A stretch of 64,000 nt of DNA, taken from the NCBI GenBank assembly GCA_010909165.1, contig MU008232.1, positions 31,746 to 95,745 on the forward strand. The letters run 5' to 3'. Source of the stretch: Anthoceros angustus. Lineage: Eukaryota; Plantae; Anthocerotophyta. The notes below the pieces were generated by a model that was given only the letters and a program-made list of their open reading frames with translations, was not told where the DNA came from and made no database searches. The translations under genes and the position numbers were made by a program. Of the stretch, positions 25,440-38,400 are shown piece after piece; within the stretch, counting starts at the first letter, position 1; the number at the start of each line of letters is the position of its first letter.

Positions 25440-27737
25440 TCATGAGGAATGACAGGGCAACAGAATTCGTAAGTCTGAAGGAAAAATAGAGATGTCTGTG
25501 CCTACCTCGTCGTCTGTAGGGGTGTGTCCATGTATGGATTGTGCTGAAAGAGGCTTGTGGCTTGTGACAGATTCGTGATGAGAGGAAACTATAAAGCTCT
25601 CGTTGAAGCTCACACTTCTAGCCAAAGTAAGCTGTCTTGTTTGTGGATTATAGAGTTTGTAGCCTTTCGCTTGTTCTGAATAACCCACAAATACATGTTT
25701 AGTAGCCTTGTTGTCCATCTTACCCCTTTTGTCTGCTGGGATATAGGCGTACGCTGCTGCACCGAAAATTCTGAGGTGTCCGATTCTTGGTTTGTGACCA
25801 CACCATCGCTCGAAAGGAGTGTAACTGAATGAAGGCTTAACGGGAATCCTGTTGTGTACATAATTCACGGCTGCTACAGCCTCGGCCCAATACCCTCGGG
25901 TAAGCCCAGCTGAAGAAAGGGTGGCTCGACAGCGTTCTTGCAACGTGCGATTGTACCTCTCTGCATAACTGTTCTGAGCTGGGTGGTATGGAACTGAAAG
26001 CTGGTGAAGTATACCTTTTTGTCTGCAGTATGACTGAAATTCATTGCTAAGGTATTCCAAAGCGTTATCACTTCTAAGTTTCTTCAGTGTACGTCCAGTC
26101 TGGGTTTCTGCCATTTGTACATAGTCGACAAACTTTTCATAGGTTTGGTGACGGTGATGCAGAAAATACAGGCAGCTGTAGTGACTCCATTCGTCAAGGA
26201 ACAGCAAGAAATATGTGGCGCCACCAAAGGAGGTAGTAGACATTGGCCCACAGATGTCTGAATGCACGACATCCAACAAACCTGCTGCTTTGGTGGGCTC
26301 TGGATCATTGTATGGCTTCTGTGCCATTTTGCCAATCTGGCAATCTTCACAAAAAAGGTGATCCTGTACTTTGAAAGAGATTGGGTCTTTGTATAGTTCT
26401 GGGTTGCTGATTATCTGACGAATGTATGTGATGCTCGGGTGACACAATCTGCTGTGCCAGAGAAAGCTCTTGTCAACATCTGGTTTTGCATCAACTACTA
26501 AACCACGAGGTTGTGCTACAGTAGTATCGAATTGATACAAGTCATGGTAAGTGATTCCTTCTCCAAGTATTTGAGAATGGTTGTTTGCTGATGTCACCAC
26601 ACAGCCTGCTGGTGAAAAACATACACGCAGATCATGGTCTGCTACAAGTTTCCTCACTGATAACAAGTTCTTCGTCATGCTAGGTACATGGAGAACGCCT
26701 AAGAGCCGAATTTCCTGCCCCCCACTGAGAGGAAACAGCACATCTCCATAGCCAGCAATAGCCAAACCACTATCATCGCCAAGTAAGACGAACTGGCTGG
26801 TTGGCGCCGACTTGTAAGTGACAAACTTGTCCTTCGATAGGCAGATGTGATGTGTGGCTCCTGAATCCAGGAACCACATGTTAGTATCAGCTTGTGTGAG
26901 AGATAAACATACCGCGAGGATGGTTGGCGGCTTGGCAGCTGTCTGTGTGCCACTGGTCTGTCCACGAGTCACTACATGTGACTCTGCACCGGGAGGTGCA
27001 TCACGGCGAGGCTCTCCGGCTCGCTTCTTCCGGCATTCTGATTCGAAATGCCCCGGAATTTTGCACCAATGACATGTGCCTTTTTTCTTCAGACCAGGAT
27101 TGAAGGAGGAGGGTGCTGTATATGGTCGTCCTCGTCCACGACCTCGCCCTCGACTACGTCCTCTGAAGGTGTAGAGGACTTGAGAGGTATATTGTTGACC
27201 TCGTCCAGTAGCAATTCTGCTGGACTCTTCTTCCAAAAGCGCACCAACCACTTGTGATAAGGTGACTTTCGCTCCTGCTTGATGTGTGAAGGATGTTTGC
27301 GTAGTAACAAAGGCTCTGTAGCTTTGGGGCAGTGATGTAAGGAGGACAGTCACTGCTTGCTTCTCCGACAAGACCTCTCCACAAGATGATAGCTTGGCGC
27401 GCAAGGTCCTGAACCTGTGCATGTGGTGCTCAACGCTATCATTATCTCTCATTCGGAGACCATAGAGCTGTCTTGTAGCATTAATGAGAGACATGCCATC
27501 CTTAGCTGCAAACATGTCCTTAAACAATGTCCAAATCTCTGCAGCAGTTTTCTGCCCTAAGGTATGTTGGATCATGTTTCTGTCAAGAGCAGCAATTAGG
27601 ATGCAGCGTGCTCTTTTATCTTGCTTTGTCCATACTTCGATTTCTGCTGAAGTGCCTTTAGGTGTAGCTAATGCTGGATTTGTTATCTTGCCGAGCACTA
27701 TGTCCAGCAGATCGTGTTCCTCGAAGATGGACTCCAT
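25440..27737 (-). CDS. gag-pol: copia-3 Gag-protease-integrase polyprotein (765-aa uninterrupted ORF)
   Basis: CHWCKIPGHFESEC knuckle, WFLDSGATHH, LWHSRLCH..CEDC, HSDICGP, LRSDNALEY, AERYNRTL, HLRIFG. Confidence 0.95.
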   Translation of the reverse strand: MESIFEEHDLLDIVLGKITNPALATPKGTSAEIEVWTKQDKRARCILIAALDRNMIQHTLGQKTAAEIWTLFKDMFAAKDGMSLINATRQLYGLRMRDNDSVEHHMHRFRTLRAKLSSCGEVLSEKQAVTVLLTSLPQSYRAFVTTQTSFTHQAGAKVTLSQVVGALLEEESSRIATGRGQQYTSQVLYTFRGRSRGRGRGRGRPYTAPSSFNPGLKKKGTCHWCKIPGHFESECRKKRAGEPRRDAPPGAESHVVTRGQTSGTQTAAKPPTILAVCLSLTQADTNMWFLDSGATHHICLSKDKFVTYKSAPTSQFVLLGDDSGLAIAGYGDVLFPLSGGQEIRLLGVLHVPSMTKNLLSVRKLVADHDLRVCFSPAGCVVTSANNHSQILGEGITYHDLYQFDTTVAQPRGLVVDAKPDVDKSFLWHSRLCHPSITYIRQIISNPELYKDPISFKVQDHLFCEDCQIGKMAQKPYNDPEPTKAAGLLDVVHSDICGPMSTTSFGGATYFLLFLDEWSHYSCLYFLHHRHQTYEKFVDYVQMAETQTGRTLKKLRSDNALEYLSNEFQSYCRQKGILHQLSVPYHPAQNSYAERYNRTLQERCRATLSSAGLTRGYWAEAVAAVNYVHNRIPVKPSFSYTPFERWCGHKPRIGHLRIFGAAAYAYIPADKRGKMDNKATKHVFVGYSEQAKGYKLYNPQTRQLTLARSVSFNESFIVSSHHESVTSHKPLSAQSIHGHTPTDDEVGTDISIFPSDLRILLPCHSS

Positions 27738-27827
27738 GCGAAGTTCCCAAATTGGGTAATCGGTTCCATTGAACCTGTCTTTGTCCTTTATGTCAACCTT
27801 AAAAGTGTTGTTGGTATTGTTTATTAC

Positions 27828-27828
27828 N
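27828..27828. other. Ambiguous base / probable contig junction
   Basis: Single n. The sequence switches abruptly here from the copia gag start to an unrelated gypsy gag zinc knuckle. Confidence 0.8.
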
Positions 27829-29190
27829 GTGCCATGTGCTCGGGACTCCCACAGCGATTACATGTGCCTTCCACAGTGCTGCAGCACCTGCTTTAGCAGT
27901 TTAGCCTGGTTACTCGGACTGATCCTGAGGTCCGCCCCAGCAGTCACCCCTTTGCTGCCGAACATGGTCTAGTAGTGGGTGAATGCCTTGGAATGCGGGA
28001 GGCATAGGCAGAAAAGGCAATTTCCTTGCGCTCTGCCTCCTCGTGCACCTGTTCAAGGGTGTACCGGTCTCCGTACTTGTCCACCAGAGGTGACAAGCTG
28101 GAAATGGAACAAGTCCCTTCCAGCGCTAAGTAAGGAACTTCTCCGCCTCCTGATCTGTGAGCATTCCGGTCCCTTCACGCAACTGCAGCCGAAGGTCATC
28201 ACTGTCTCCCTTTCTTGCGCAAAGCTAGCAAGCTCAGCGATCTCTGGCGTCTTGAGTGGAAACGCCTTCTCCAGAATCTGCAGAAACTCCTCCACCGGGT
28301 TGGCATGTTTGGGCGTGTGAATGAACTCATCCACTCCCAAAGTGGCTGTTCTCTCGCTGCAGTCAAGCTGGTGACTGTGGGTGGAGGCTCTGGGCGGATC
28401 CATCAGCGATCCCAGCGCAATGATCCCGAGGCCAACTTTGCATTGTAGGCCAGCTGCAACGCATTCTGAAAGATCGGGTTAGGAGTGGCTGCTGTGGACA
28501 GCAACTCAACCTGGTGGACCTCATACAAATCCAGCGCTTCATCATCAAGTAGCTGGACAACTGCTCGAACATGTACCGATGATTGTACGCGTTCCATGCT
28601 TGAACTTCACTCGGTGATCATGCTGTTGACAAACAGCTTGAAGTCCGCAATGGTTATGTACCAGGCCTTCCGCTCCTGCCTGTAAGAGGTTCCTCCTCCC
28701 TCCATAGCGTCTGAATCTTGGATAGATCTTGGTCCAAGTGGAGTTGGAGTTGAGACTGTCCAGTATGGTTGAGCCTGGGACTGCTGTGTTGGGACTCCCA
28801 AGTGTGGTGCCCACAGGACTATCCCAAGTATGGGTGCCCTGGGACTGTCCAGTATAGGTGCCTGGGGCTGTCCCAAGTATGGTGCCCCAGGGGTATCCCG
28901 AATATGGGTGCCCCTGGGACTGTCCCAGTATAGGTGTTCCTGGGACTGTCCCATAGGGGTGCCCCTCGTATGGGTGCCCGGGACTGTCCCAGGATGGCTT
29001 GGGACTCATGTAAAGACTGTCCCAGTATGGACGGGCCTCCTCCTCCTCGGAATCAAGGTTGTCCCTGATGTAGCGAGCTCGATCAAGGGAGACCCGTTGT
29101 CCACAGATCTTGAGGTAGCGGGTGGTGTCCCGGGCCTAATGTTATCCTCCACCTCCTCTACCCAGCTGTTGTTGCCTTCTTTGTCCTCCT
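27829..29190 (-). mobile_element. gag: Ty3/gypsy gag remnant containing a minisatellite
   Basis: WYITIADFKLFV, LLDDEALDLY, EEFLQILEKAFP, zinc knuckle CNRCGSPEHMA at ~27830-27865. Confidence 0.6.
28755..29030. repeat. Degenerate minisatellite (CTGGGACTGTCCCA(A)GTATGGGTGCCC-like units)
   Basis: GGGACTGTCCC / GGGTGCCC motifs recur about every 20-30 bp. Confidence 0.85.
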
Positions 29191-30559
29191 CCTCCTAGTA
29201 GGCGCTCAGGGCGCTCGGTGACTCGCTGGCGAGTTCGAGCACATGGCGTGGGCTTGTATCCTCCTCCTCGAGTGCATCCCCCATGAAAACGTCAAGAAAG
29301 GGATCATTACGTCGATGATCGAAAAAGCACCAAGCCAACCGGCAAGACTCGGCACCGACACCAGATGCGACCAACAATCTAATCCCCATCTCGACACGGA
29401 TCAGCCTTACGGACCTACAATCGGTGAATGAGACCAGAAATGCTCAAGGCAATCCTCTATTCCCACCTAAAACAACTGATCTTGTACATGAGAATGCCAA
29501 AGGAGACTTGGGACTCCCCAGCGGATCAGTCCAGCCAAGACACAAAAGCTTGAAACCAACATCCCGAGGTTAATCCCGGACCAAAGTCCTGGCTAAACAC
29601 TTGATCATTCACGATCCTGTCCTTGACTCTCGATTGTGCACGCCCGTCTCGAGGCGGTCGAATCGGCAATGCCCTCCTTCTCCCGATCAAATGGCGAGGC
29701 TCCAATGTCGACCGAGATTCTTCTGCAGCTGTAATGGTGCTGCTGCTCCACAACAGTAGGTGTGTTGTGATGCCGCCTTGCTGTGCCTGGCCGCCTCCAC
29801 CATCTGGATCGCTAGCTCTTGTCCACGGCTCCCACTCAGCTCTCGACATTGCAATCCTTGGTTGTTGAAGTAAAATCGCGCGTGCTGCATTGAACATCGC
29901 TGCTGTTTATTGAATGTGCGGAGCCTCACACGATTGTGAGGCTGGCGGTCTAAATCGCGCCCACACTGCGGATCGCCCTCCCAAGTTCGATCCCAAGGAA
30001 AACATCACACATTCCACATTCCCAGAAATTGCAATGCTTCCTTCTCCTTACAGCGCTCTGGCGCGACTTCAACAACACCTACAATGGGCGCCCTCCCTCC
30101 TTTTGTCCAGCGTCCATCTCAATCTCCGCTCAGATTCACTTGGCGGTTGGTCCCTTGCTTCCCATGATTTCTACAGCCTCAGCACCCTTGGTGTGGAGTC
30201 ATCATGGGTGTCCTTCACCTGCAGCACTTCTAGGGTACCTCTACGGCCAACCTAGGTCAACTCCTAGGTGTTGTTAATGAAACAAACCCTAACTAAACAC
30301 ACGAAAACAAATGTGAATGTGTTAGTTTGGTTGGTCAAATATATACCCTTCAAGCAAATATCCTAGCCTATTTCAACAAAGGAAAATATGGCTAAGGTAA
30401 GTAAGTAGTAGGTCCTAAAGCGACCTCAAGTTGCTCGGTGAGTGTGTCCCGGACGTTGAGCTGAGTGAGTCCCGGGACGTCGGGGTGGGAGGAATCCGAC
30501 GCCGGGGCCCAGCCCACCTCTAGTCACCCTACACATCCGCCTCTAAAAATTTGTTGTTT

Positions 30560-32489
30560 GCACGAACTATCAACATGGGACCTTTGGAAGATAGACCTGA
30601 TTTGAGGAAGGAGCTTGGTGAATTCTTGAGAACCTTGAGGGATGAGGGGGAATGCGGCGGTCTCACTTCCTCGTGTCATGACGACGATGAATCTTCAGGC
30701 GGTTGAGGCGGATGATCGGCGGAGGCTGCGTCGACCTCTCCTTACGCTTCTCATTGACCATCTTGTGCACTCTCTAGTCACTCGGAGGAATGGACTATGC
30801 TCACGATACTAGTAGTAACACCTCACTGCCAGCCTAGTAAGCGACAAGTCGGCTTCTCGGTCTAGGACCTCGCCAATTCACTCCACAAGAGACTTGCACG
30901 ATTCTCAGCGCTCTCAACCTCACAACACAAAGCACTAGGCTCCAAGTAGCCCGTCCATCAGCGACTCGCGGGCCACCTCCTCGAGGTCTTGCTCTTTATT
31001 ACAGAATACTAGCGATGGAATCGGCTATCTCGCCCAGCTCGCCCTTGATTCCATGACAAGCTCACTAGCTTCTGACTCTCTCAACACAAGGCTTGCACGC
31101 TGCTTGGCGCTCTCAAAGAGTGAGTCCCACTTGTAATTTGTTCCTCAAAGCCCTTGCTGCGGGCCTCATTCTAAATTCTCAGAATTTGCGCCCCTCTTGT
31201 CAATCAATGCCCCTCTTGTCCAACCCATGCTGAGGGGCATAATTCAAGCTAGACCACCTCAACTCATTGGAAACAGAACTTTCGAGGTTAGCATTGATTG
31301 GACAAGGAAGTTCATGAAAAAGGAACTCTCGTGGTCCTATCGAGCATGTACTACTGCAGCTTCTGAGCTCCCGGAGACTTGGGAAGATGAAGGAAGGATG
31401 ATGCCATATAGAGTAGCTTACCTCTCAAGAGCTTATAATATTCCATCGGAACTAGTTATCAATAGTGATCAAACGAGAATCCATTTGGTTCCTACAAAGG
31501 GAGAACGCACATGGGAGGTTAAAGGGACAAAAGATATCAAGGTGCTTGGGGTAGAGGACAAGAGGCAAATTATAGCAGTGGTATCTTCATCTGTAGTAGG
31601 TTACTTACTACCACTCCAAATCATCTTTACAGGAACAACAAGTAGGTTAGTACCCAAAGCTCATAGTGGTGCCAAGCTATGTGGAGAAGCAGGATTTTGC
31701 TGAACATAAATACCACCGCTAATTGGTCTACACCAGAGTCATCAAAGGCATTTGTGAAAGAAATTTTGATCCTCTACTCTAAAAGGCAGCTAGAAATCTT
31801 GAGGCTAGCCACAAGACAGAAGATGATTTGGATCATAGATTGCTAGAGTGTTCACAAAAGCAAGGAATTACTAGACTGGCTGACAAGTACTTACCCTTTA
31901 ACATGTGTGATCTTCATTTCTGCTAGGTGCACTAGCAAGTTGCAACCTGCGATGTAATCCTTCAGCGCCCTTTGAAGCTTTCAAACAAGAATTCTGCAAG
32001 TGGATAGCCACTGCTATTCAAGAGAAACTCAAGGAAGAAGGAAAAACAGCTATTAATCTCAAACTGAAAAACTTGAAGCCCAAGGTGTGTGAATGATTAT
32101 TCAATGCATGGATACATGTTTCAAATATGCAAGATATGATTAGACATGGATGGGAGAAGACAAGTATTCTAAGAGCATTCAACTCAGATTTTCAGATAGA
32201 GGCAATGGAAGCAAACACGACAACATCCTTATTTTCTAGAACAATTGAAGACATAGAAGAAGGGCATGAATTTGAAAGAGAAGGAGATGATGAAGACTAC
32301 TTATCTGAAGTAGTGAATGTGGTGAAGGAATGTTTGGCTACAGCAGAAGCTTCAACAAGTGGATCAACACCAACATACAGCAAAAACAAAGCTAGAATGA
32401 AACAATTAGCTAGGAAGAATAAACATCTACAAGATCTTTGGAACAATAATGAAAGCCTGGTAAATAGCCATGGGAATGAGACTAACTAG
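30560..32489 (+). mobile_element. pogo/Tigger-like (Tc1-mariner superfamily) DDE transposase pseudogene, split by an insertion
   Basis: DLRKELGEFLRTLRDEG [insertion] SINAPLVQPMLRGII...WTRKFM...VINSDQT...EDKRQI...PLQIIFTG...IIDC*SVH...LQPA(D)V; has in-frame stops. Confidence 0.85.
30650..31195 (-). mobile_element. Degenerate 5' fragment (LTR + PBS + leader) of a gypsy related to the 34.9-40.3 kb element
   Basis: CTATGCTCACGATACTAGTAGTAACACC resembles CTATGCTCGATACCACAAGTAACACC (~39651-39676); CTAGGCTCCAAGTAGCCCG is shared with the LTRs. Confidence 0.6.
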
Positions 32490-33214
32490 GGTTCCAATTC
32501 TAGAAACCCTAGCCATGTTTACTAATTTTAATTAATTAACGTCGAATCACCCCTCGGGGTACGAACCTAGGTATTGTTATGACCGAGTTGTACACCTAGT
32601 GTGACATGTAATTCGTCTACTGTAATCAAATATATACTTATGTATATTCCTAAATATAAAATAATTTTTAATTAGGAGTCATTACTCGGTGCTAGATTGC
32701 TTTAGTCCTATGATAGTCTCTTTATCCATGGTCACTTGAAGAGCAGCCAGACTATCTACATAGTTTAAGACGTTTGCATAATTATCGGTATTGTGTCATT
32801 ACTTTGTCATTTAGGAACTCTCTTATAAAAATGAATATAAGCCAACATTGCAACTCGATCTAATTTGATAGAAGTTGGTTTCTCAATCTAATTCAATGTT
32901 CATAGCAATACAAAGTGATTATAAATGGAATTCTACCCAAATTGCAATACCAATAATTATGCAAACGTCTTAATAATTTGGATAAAATAAAAATAAAAAA
33001 AGTAAAAAACGTACAAAATTACTATAATAAGTTACTTACTAATAACATGTTGAACTTGATTGTTATTGACAAACTAAATCAAGTAGCATGTTACTTGATC
33101 AAGCATATTACTTGATTAAGCATGTTACTTGATTAAGCTTCTGAAACCATCAAGCAATGATATATATATATATCATGATATTTATATGAGCTTGTTATAT
33201 GCATGTGGAAAAGA

Positions 33215-33600
33215 AGACTTTATTATAAAAAAGAGATGGGAAAAACCCATCCACCCCAAAAACAAAGGGGAAAAACCCAACGAAGGGCACCATGTCAAGG
33301 GGACTAGGCTCCACGATCACACATTTCAAACCTACCAACCGTCCAAAGAACTTCGTGGTCAGGGATGTAAAAAGACCTACTTACCACCGGTGTCGAAGAA
33401 GCTGCATCTCCCCCGCTCGTTGTCGTTCTGTAAACTACGTTGGCCAATGCCCTTTGCATAGGTTGGGCGGCAGAAGGGTACGCGATCGGTTACAACCACA
33501 TCAACAATCGAAACACGATCCCCGGGTCAAAAAATAGATCAGCCCCTAAACCCCGTTGAGCGGGGTGTACGATGATGAACTGAGACACAACATAATCGCG
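33215..33600 (-). mobile_element. Short, internally deleted 3' fragment of the RLE non-LTR family
   Basis: Minus strand GADLFF and IVDVVVTD; same terminal GATGGG-N5-CCCATC hairpin as at 12620-12636. Confidence 0.55.
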
Positions 33601-33649
33601 AGGTCTTAAGTAAAAATCTAAGATTGTGACTTTTAAGTAAAGGTAAGCA

Positions 33650-34700
33650 AAATCTAACTTTGATGAAGTATGCAAATGGCTTAGGCCAAACAAATGGACA
33701 CACATTTTCTAACATAGATGAAGTATCTAGAGGGCTTTGGCTTAATGGCTTGGGCCAAATGGACACACATTTTTTAAATTAGATGAAGTATCCAGATGGC
33801 CTGGGCCAAAAGGAAACACATTTTCTAACTTAGATGAAGTATCTAGATGAAGAAGAAGAAGAAGAATTTTATTTAAGTCCACTAAGGATGGATTTCCGTC
33901 ATGGGACTTAGTACTTAACAACTTGTACCATGGTGTGCCTAAGAAGAATTTTATTTCAGTGCACTAAGGACGGATTTCCGTCATGGGACTTGGTTCTTAA
34001 CAACTTGTACCATGGTGTGCCTAAGAAGAATTTTATTTAAGTCCACTAAGGCAGTTCCATCATGGGACTTGGTACTTAACAACTTGTACCATGGTGTGCC
34101 TAAGAAGAATTTTATTTAAGTCCACTAAGGAATGATTTCGTCATGGGACTTGGTACTTAACAACCATGGTGTGCCTAAGGTACTTGCACCAAGAGCATCC
34201 ACTCCTTTAGGCACCCCATCTAAGTACCGATCTAAGCTCACGATGCTTAATCACGGCGTTCTGATAAATGTGTGTCCATTTGGCCTACTTGGTACTTAAT
34301 TACTTATACCATGGTGTGCCTAAGGTACTTGCACCAAGAGCATCCACTCCTTTAGGCACCCCATCTAAGTACCGATCTAAGCTCGCTTGCATCACGGCGT
34401 TCTTATAAATGTGTGTCCATTTGGCCTAAGCTAGATGGCTTAGGCCAAATGGACTATTATAAGATCATTATAAAGCATCATGGACACATATCTATAAGAA
34501 GTTATTGTTAAGTATCATGGACACACGTTTATAAGAATGTTATTTTTAAGCATTATGCACTTTGATCCATACTTGGATACGATGTGAAGAGGAGTGGATG
34601 CTTGGTGCTAGCATCTTAGGCACACCATGATACAAGTTGTCCAAGTACCAAGTTCTAGGACGGAAATAAATTCCGTCCTTTTAAAGTAAAAGCATTTTTC
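33650..34700. repeat. Tandem (~80-bp unit) and inverted satellite/foldback repeat
   Basis: AAGAATTTTATTTAAGTCCACTAAGG...CATGGGACTTGGTACTTAACAACTTGTACCATGGTGTGCCTA x4 (~33862-34180); two longer units; inverted copy at ~34560-34690. Confidence 0.9.
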
Positions 34701-34877
34701 CATGGTCGTGTCACGGTGAGCGTGGATCGACCTTGATCTCTCCCAAGAGCTATCCCACATTGTCATTGCAATTCGGTCCTAATATATTATATTAAATAGT
34801 TGGATTAGAAAGCAAATTTTCTTTTACGTACTATCCATACATAAACTAAATTTCATTTTGTGTTTTAGTATCCCATT

Positions 34878-35418
34878 AGTAACACCCCCTCAATCTGGGG
34901 TGGAATACCAGTTAGAAGTAAAACCAAAGTAATAAATCAACACACGGACACTAGGCCTCCAAGTAGCCCGCCTCCTCTTCTAGGAGGACTCAGAAGACTC
35001 TTGCAGCTGCTCTTTTCTTAGATCACGAGTCAACAAGAACATACAGTGGAGGCTAGAGAGAACTCCCCATCTTGCCTAAGCTAGGAGCTTAGCTCTCTTC
35101 ACTTGACCTCCTCCCAAAGCTCCTTCACGGCCTCCTTAGTGCTGAACAAGTGCTCTCAAGGCATAGCCCAAGCATCAAGTGCTCTCAAGGCAACCCAAGC
35201 AACAAGTGCTCTCAAGGTTGAACTGCTCAGGCTCTTTAGCCCAGGCGGTCTCCTTTATACTCAAGCCCTAGCTACAATCTTAGTAACTACTTACTTAAGC
35301 TTTAAGCTATTATTTACCATACACTTCCTAGGGCATGCTTGTGCTCTTAGTAAGCTGCTCTTCTAAACATGCCTCTGCATGGAGCTTTCTTACAAAGCAC
35401 TCAAGCCACTTTGTTACT
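34878..35418 (-). repeat. 3' LTR of gypsy
   Basis: AGTAACA...TGTTACT, adjacent to the PPT. Confidence 0.93.
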
Positions 35419-38400
35419 TCCTCCCCACTAGGAAGAATCACGCCTCGGTGATAACCGTGTAACGAGCAATCATCCGAGCCTTTCGGATATCCTCTAATGT
35501 TACCCAAAGCGGTATTGAGATCCCACAACTTTACCATGTATTGTGGTAGAGTTCCACGTCTGTAGCCACGCTACCTGCAAGGAATTCTTCAATCTCCCGA
35601 TCCTTGATCATCTTTGCGAGGATGTACTTCTTCCTCCATGTCCTCTTTCTCCTTGCAATGGTTTCCGTGAAACATGAAACACATTGTGTGCAAAAATCGA
35701 GCAAGTCCAACTTATAAGCGACTTCTCCAATGCGCTTGACAACATAAGGACCTCCATACTTTGGCCTCAACTTTAGAGACAAACCTTGGGGCGGTGTGAA
35801 ATGCTTCAATTTCACCCAAACCTTATCCCCAACATTGAAGGTTTCTCTCCTTTGTATCGATATCTCTTCGGCGTGTGAGCCTTGGCTAATATCTTTTGGC
35901 AATCTCATGCCTAGCCTTCAAGCTGCTCTCAACAAATTGGCGTGGATCTCCGTGGTAGTATCGAAAACTTCAGCGTTTAGCATGGATACATCCGGTACGA
36001 GTTCCACTCATCTCAAAGGGACTATATCCCGAGAGCTATGTATGTTATTGTAACAAAACTCCGCATCATCAAGATGATCAATCTCGATCAATGCACATAG
36101 TGCCTCAAGTATTCTTCTTGGATTCGGTTGACTCGCTTAGCCCATATCTGGATGGTGCGGTACTCATGCATAAGCGCACATTCAAACTTCTCATCAAGTC
36201 TTGCATTCTCCGTGAATCTTGGATCTCTATATCACATCTGCGGCAAGCCATGATACTTGTATACATACTTCTTGAACAAGTTGGGTGCCTCGAGCTCACT
36301 CGCTTCTTGGTGGGGATGAAGTGCGCTTGCTGGTGAACCTATCCACCCTTTGTCATGATAAGATAACCATTCTTGGGAGGCAAAGGCATGATGAAGTCCA
36401 TAGAAATACTTTTCCATGGCCCTCTTGGAATAGGTAGGGGAACAAACCTCTTGGTTTAGCCTGTTCTACCTTATCCTGCTGACAAACAGCACATGCCTTG
36501 ACATAGTCTAATGTATCTTGATACATTCCTCGATAAAGCACTTCTTCAACTTCTCATAAGTTGAATCACCTCCGTGACCCGGCGGCACATCATGACATTC
36601 AAAGAACTTCTTCTTCAAGCCTCTGAGTTAGGAATCACAACTCTCTTACATTTGTATATCAACAAACCATCTCGAGTTTGAACTTGCTTCCTTTCTACGC
36701 CACCCCATTCATCCGATCCACGCACTTGAGGATCTTGCGAGATAAGCTTCCTTAATCTCTTTGTGAGTATCCACAGGCTCAATCACACTTGCCATTGCCA
36801 TCCTTGACTCATTTGCGACTCAACGCATCGCAACCTTATTCTCCTTTCCGGTTTGTATTTGAGTCACATCATACATAGCTAGAAATCACGCCATCTAGCT
36901 TGCCGCATTCAACTTCAATTGGTTGGAGAAGTATGTTATCTTGATATTATCGATACACAAAAGACCTACCCAAGAGATAGTGCCTCCAAGCCTTTAGGCA
37001 TGGATGGCGGTCATTTCCTTCTCATAGGTGGGATACTTCATCTCATAAGGATGCAACTTCCTTGACTCAAAAGCTAATGGCGGTCACGCATCAAAACTCC
37101 ACCTATAGCCATGTCGAGGCATCACAATACACTTCTACATCTTTCTTGGGGTCATACATTCCCAACAGGAGTAGTACTCAACTTCTTCAAGTATTCAAAG
37201 GCTTGACAATCAGCATCCCACTTCCAAGCTTTTGATGTCTTCAAGAGGTCGATTATGCTATCTTAGCAAACATATGTACAAACCTCCATGTGAGCCAAAC
37301 CCATAAAGCTCGTACCTCATGAATGTTAGAGCCAATCTTGAATGGCTTTAACTTTATCAGATCCATCACGATGCCCTCGGAGACAATAAAACCTAAGAAT
37401 GGAATCTACATCTTGACGAAATCACACTTCTTGATTGCCAAGAACAAAGAATTCTCTCTTAGCTTTTGTAACACTTCTCTTAAGTGTTCATGTTCCTCAA
37501 GGTATGGCTAAAGATCAAAATGTCATCCGGATAGATTACAACACACTTGTCCACGGATCTATGAATATAGTATTCATAAGTGTAAAATGTGGCGGTGCAT
37601 TAGTAAGTCCAAATGGCATGACCAGAAATTCAAAAGCCCCATACACGGTCCTACAAGCTTTTGTACTCATGCCCTCGGCAATCGATCGTACCACCCGCCA
37701 GATCCACTTGGTGAAATACTTGGCACCCTTCAACATGAACATATCATCCATTCTAGGCAAAGGATATGCATTCTTGATTGTCGATTCGAGCTGTAATCCG
37801 GACAATCGAGTCCTCCATTCTTTTCGCGTGAACAATACAGGCGCACCAAAAGGAGACTTAGAAACTCGACATATCCCTTTGCCAGTTGGATAGTTGTCGC
37901 TTGAGTTCTTGCAACTCATCCATGACAATCTATACGGTGCTCTTGAAGGAGGCGTACTCACGGCTTCAAGTCAATCTCATGATCTACTACTCTGCGACGG
38001 CGTGGCAACTCATCGGCATCAAATCCTTGAACTCATCCATAGCTTGCTTTTGGGATGTCTTTCACCTCTGGAATCTTCTTCTAGACCATCCTCTAGTCCT
38101 TGAGTACAACTAAGTATAGCTCCTTCTTTTCCGAGATCCTTCTTAAGCTCTCTTTTGAAATCATCTTGATGGAGTCTCAAGCTCAGCTAACACTAGCACA
38201 ACTCACCTTGTGCTTCGGATATCTCAATAGTGCGAGACTTAACATCCATATACACTTCATTGGATCTCATCCACTCCGGGCCTAAGATGATATCATGGTC
38301 ATCCATCTCGACGTGAAACTCTCATTTCCTTGCCATGCTTCAACTTGCGCTTTACTCCATGCAATTCACCCAGTGCGAGTCCCTTTAACTTGATTCCATA

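Larger units (their letters stand above)
22883..27827 (-). mobile_element. Ty1/copia element (copia-3); 5' end lost at the N
   Basis: Intact gag-PR-INT ORF plus RT and RNase H ORFs; PPT GCGAGGGG(AG) at ~23004-23013; short AT-rich 3' LTR candidate at ~22883-23005. Confidence 0.9.

Noticed and set aside
27829-30300. Treating this segment as the 5' leader/LTR of copia-3
   Set aside because: Separated by an N, contains unrelated gypsy gag, and no match to the candidate 3' LTR or a PBS was found
33070-33140. 17-bp tandem repeat CATGTTACTTGATTAAG x3-4
   Set aside because: Real but an ordinary AT-rich minisatellite
33862-34180. CRISPR-like appearance of the repeats
   Set aside because: Units are contiguous tandem copies with no unique spacers; eukaryotic context, no cas genes
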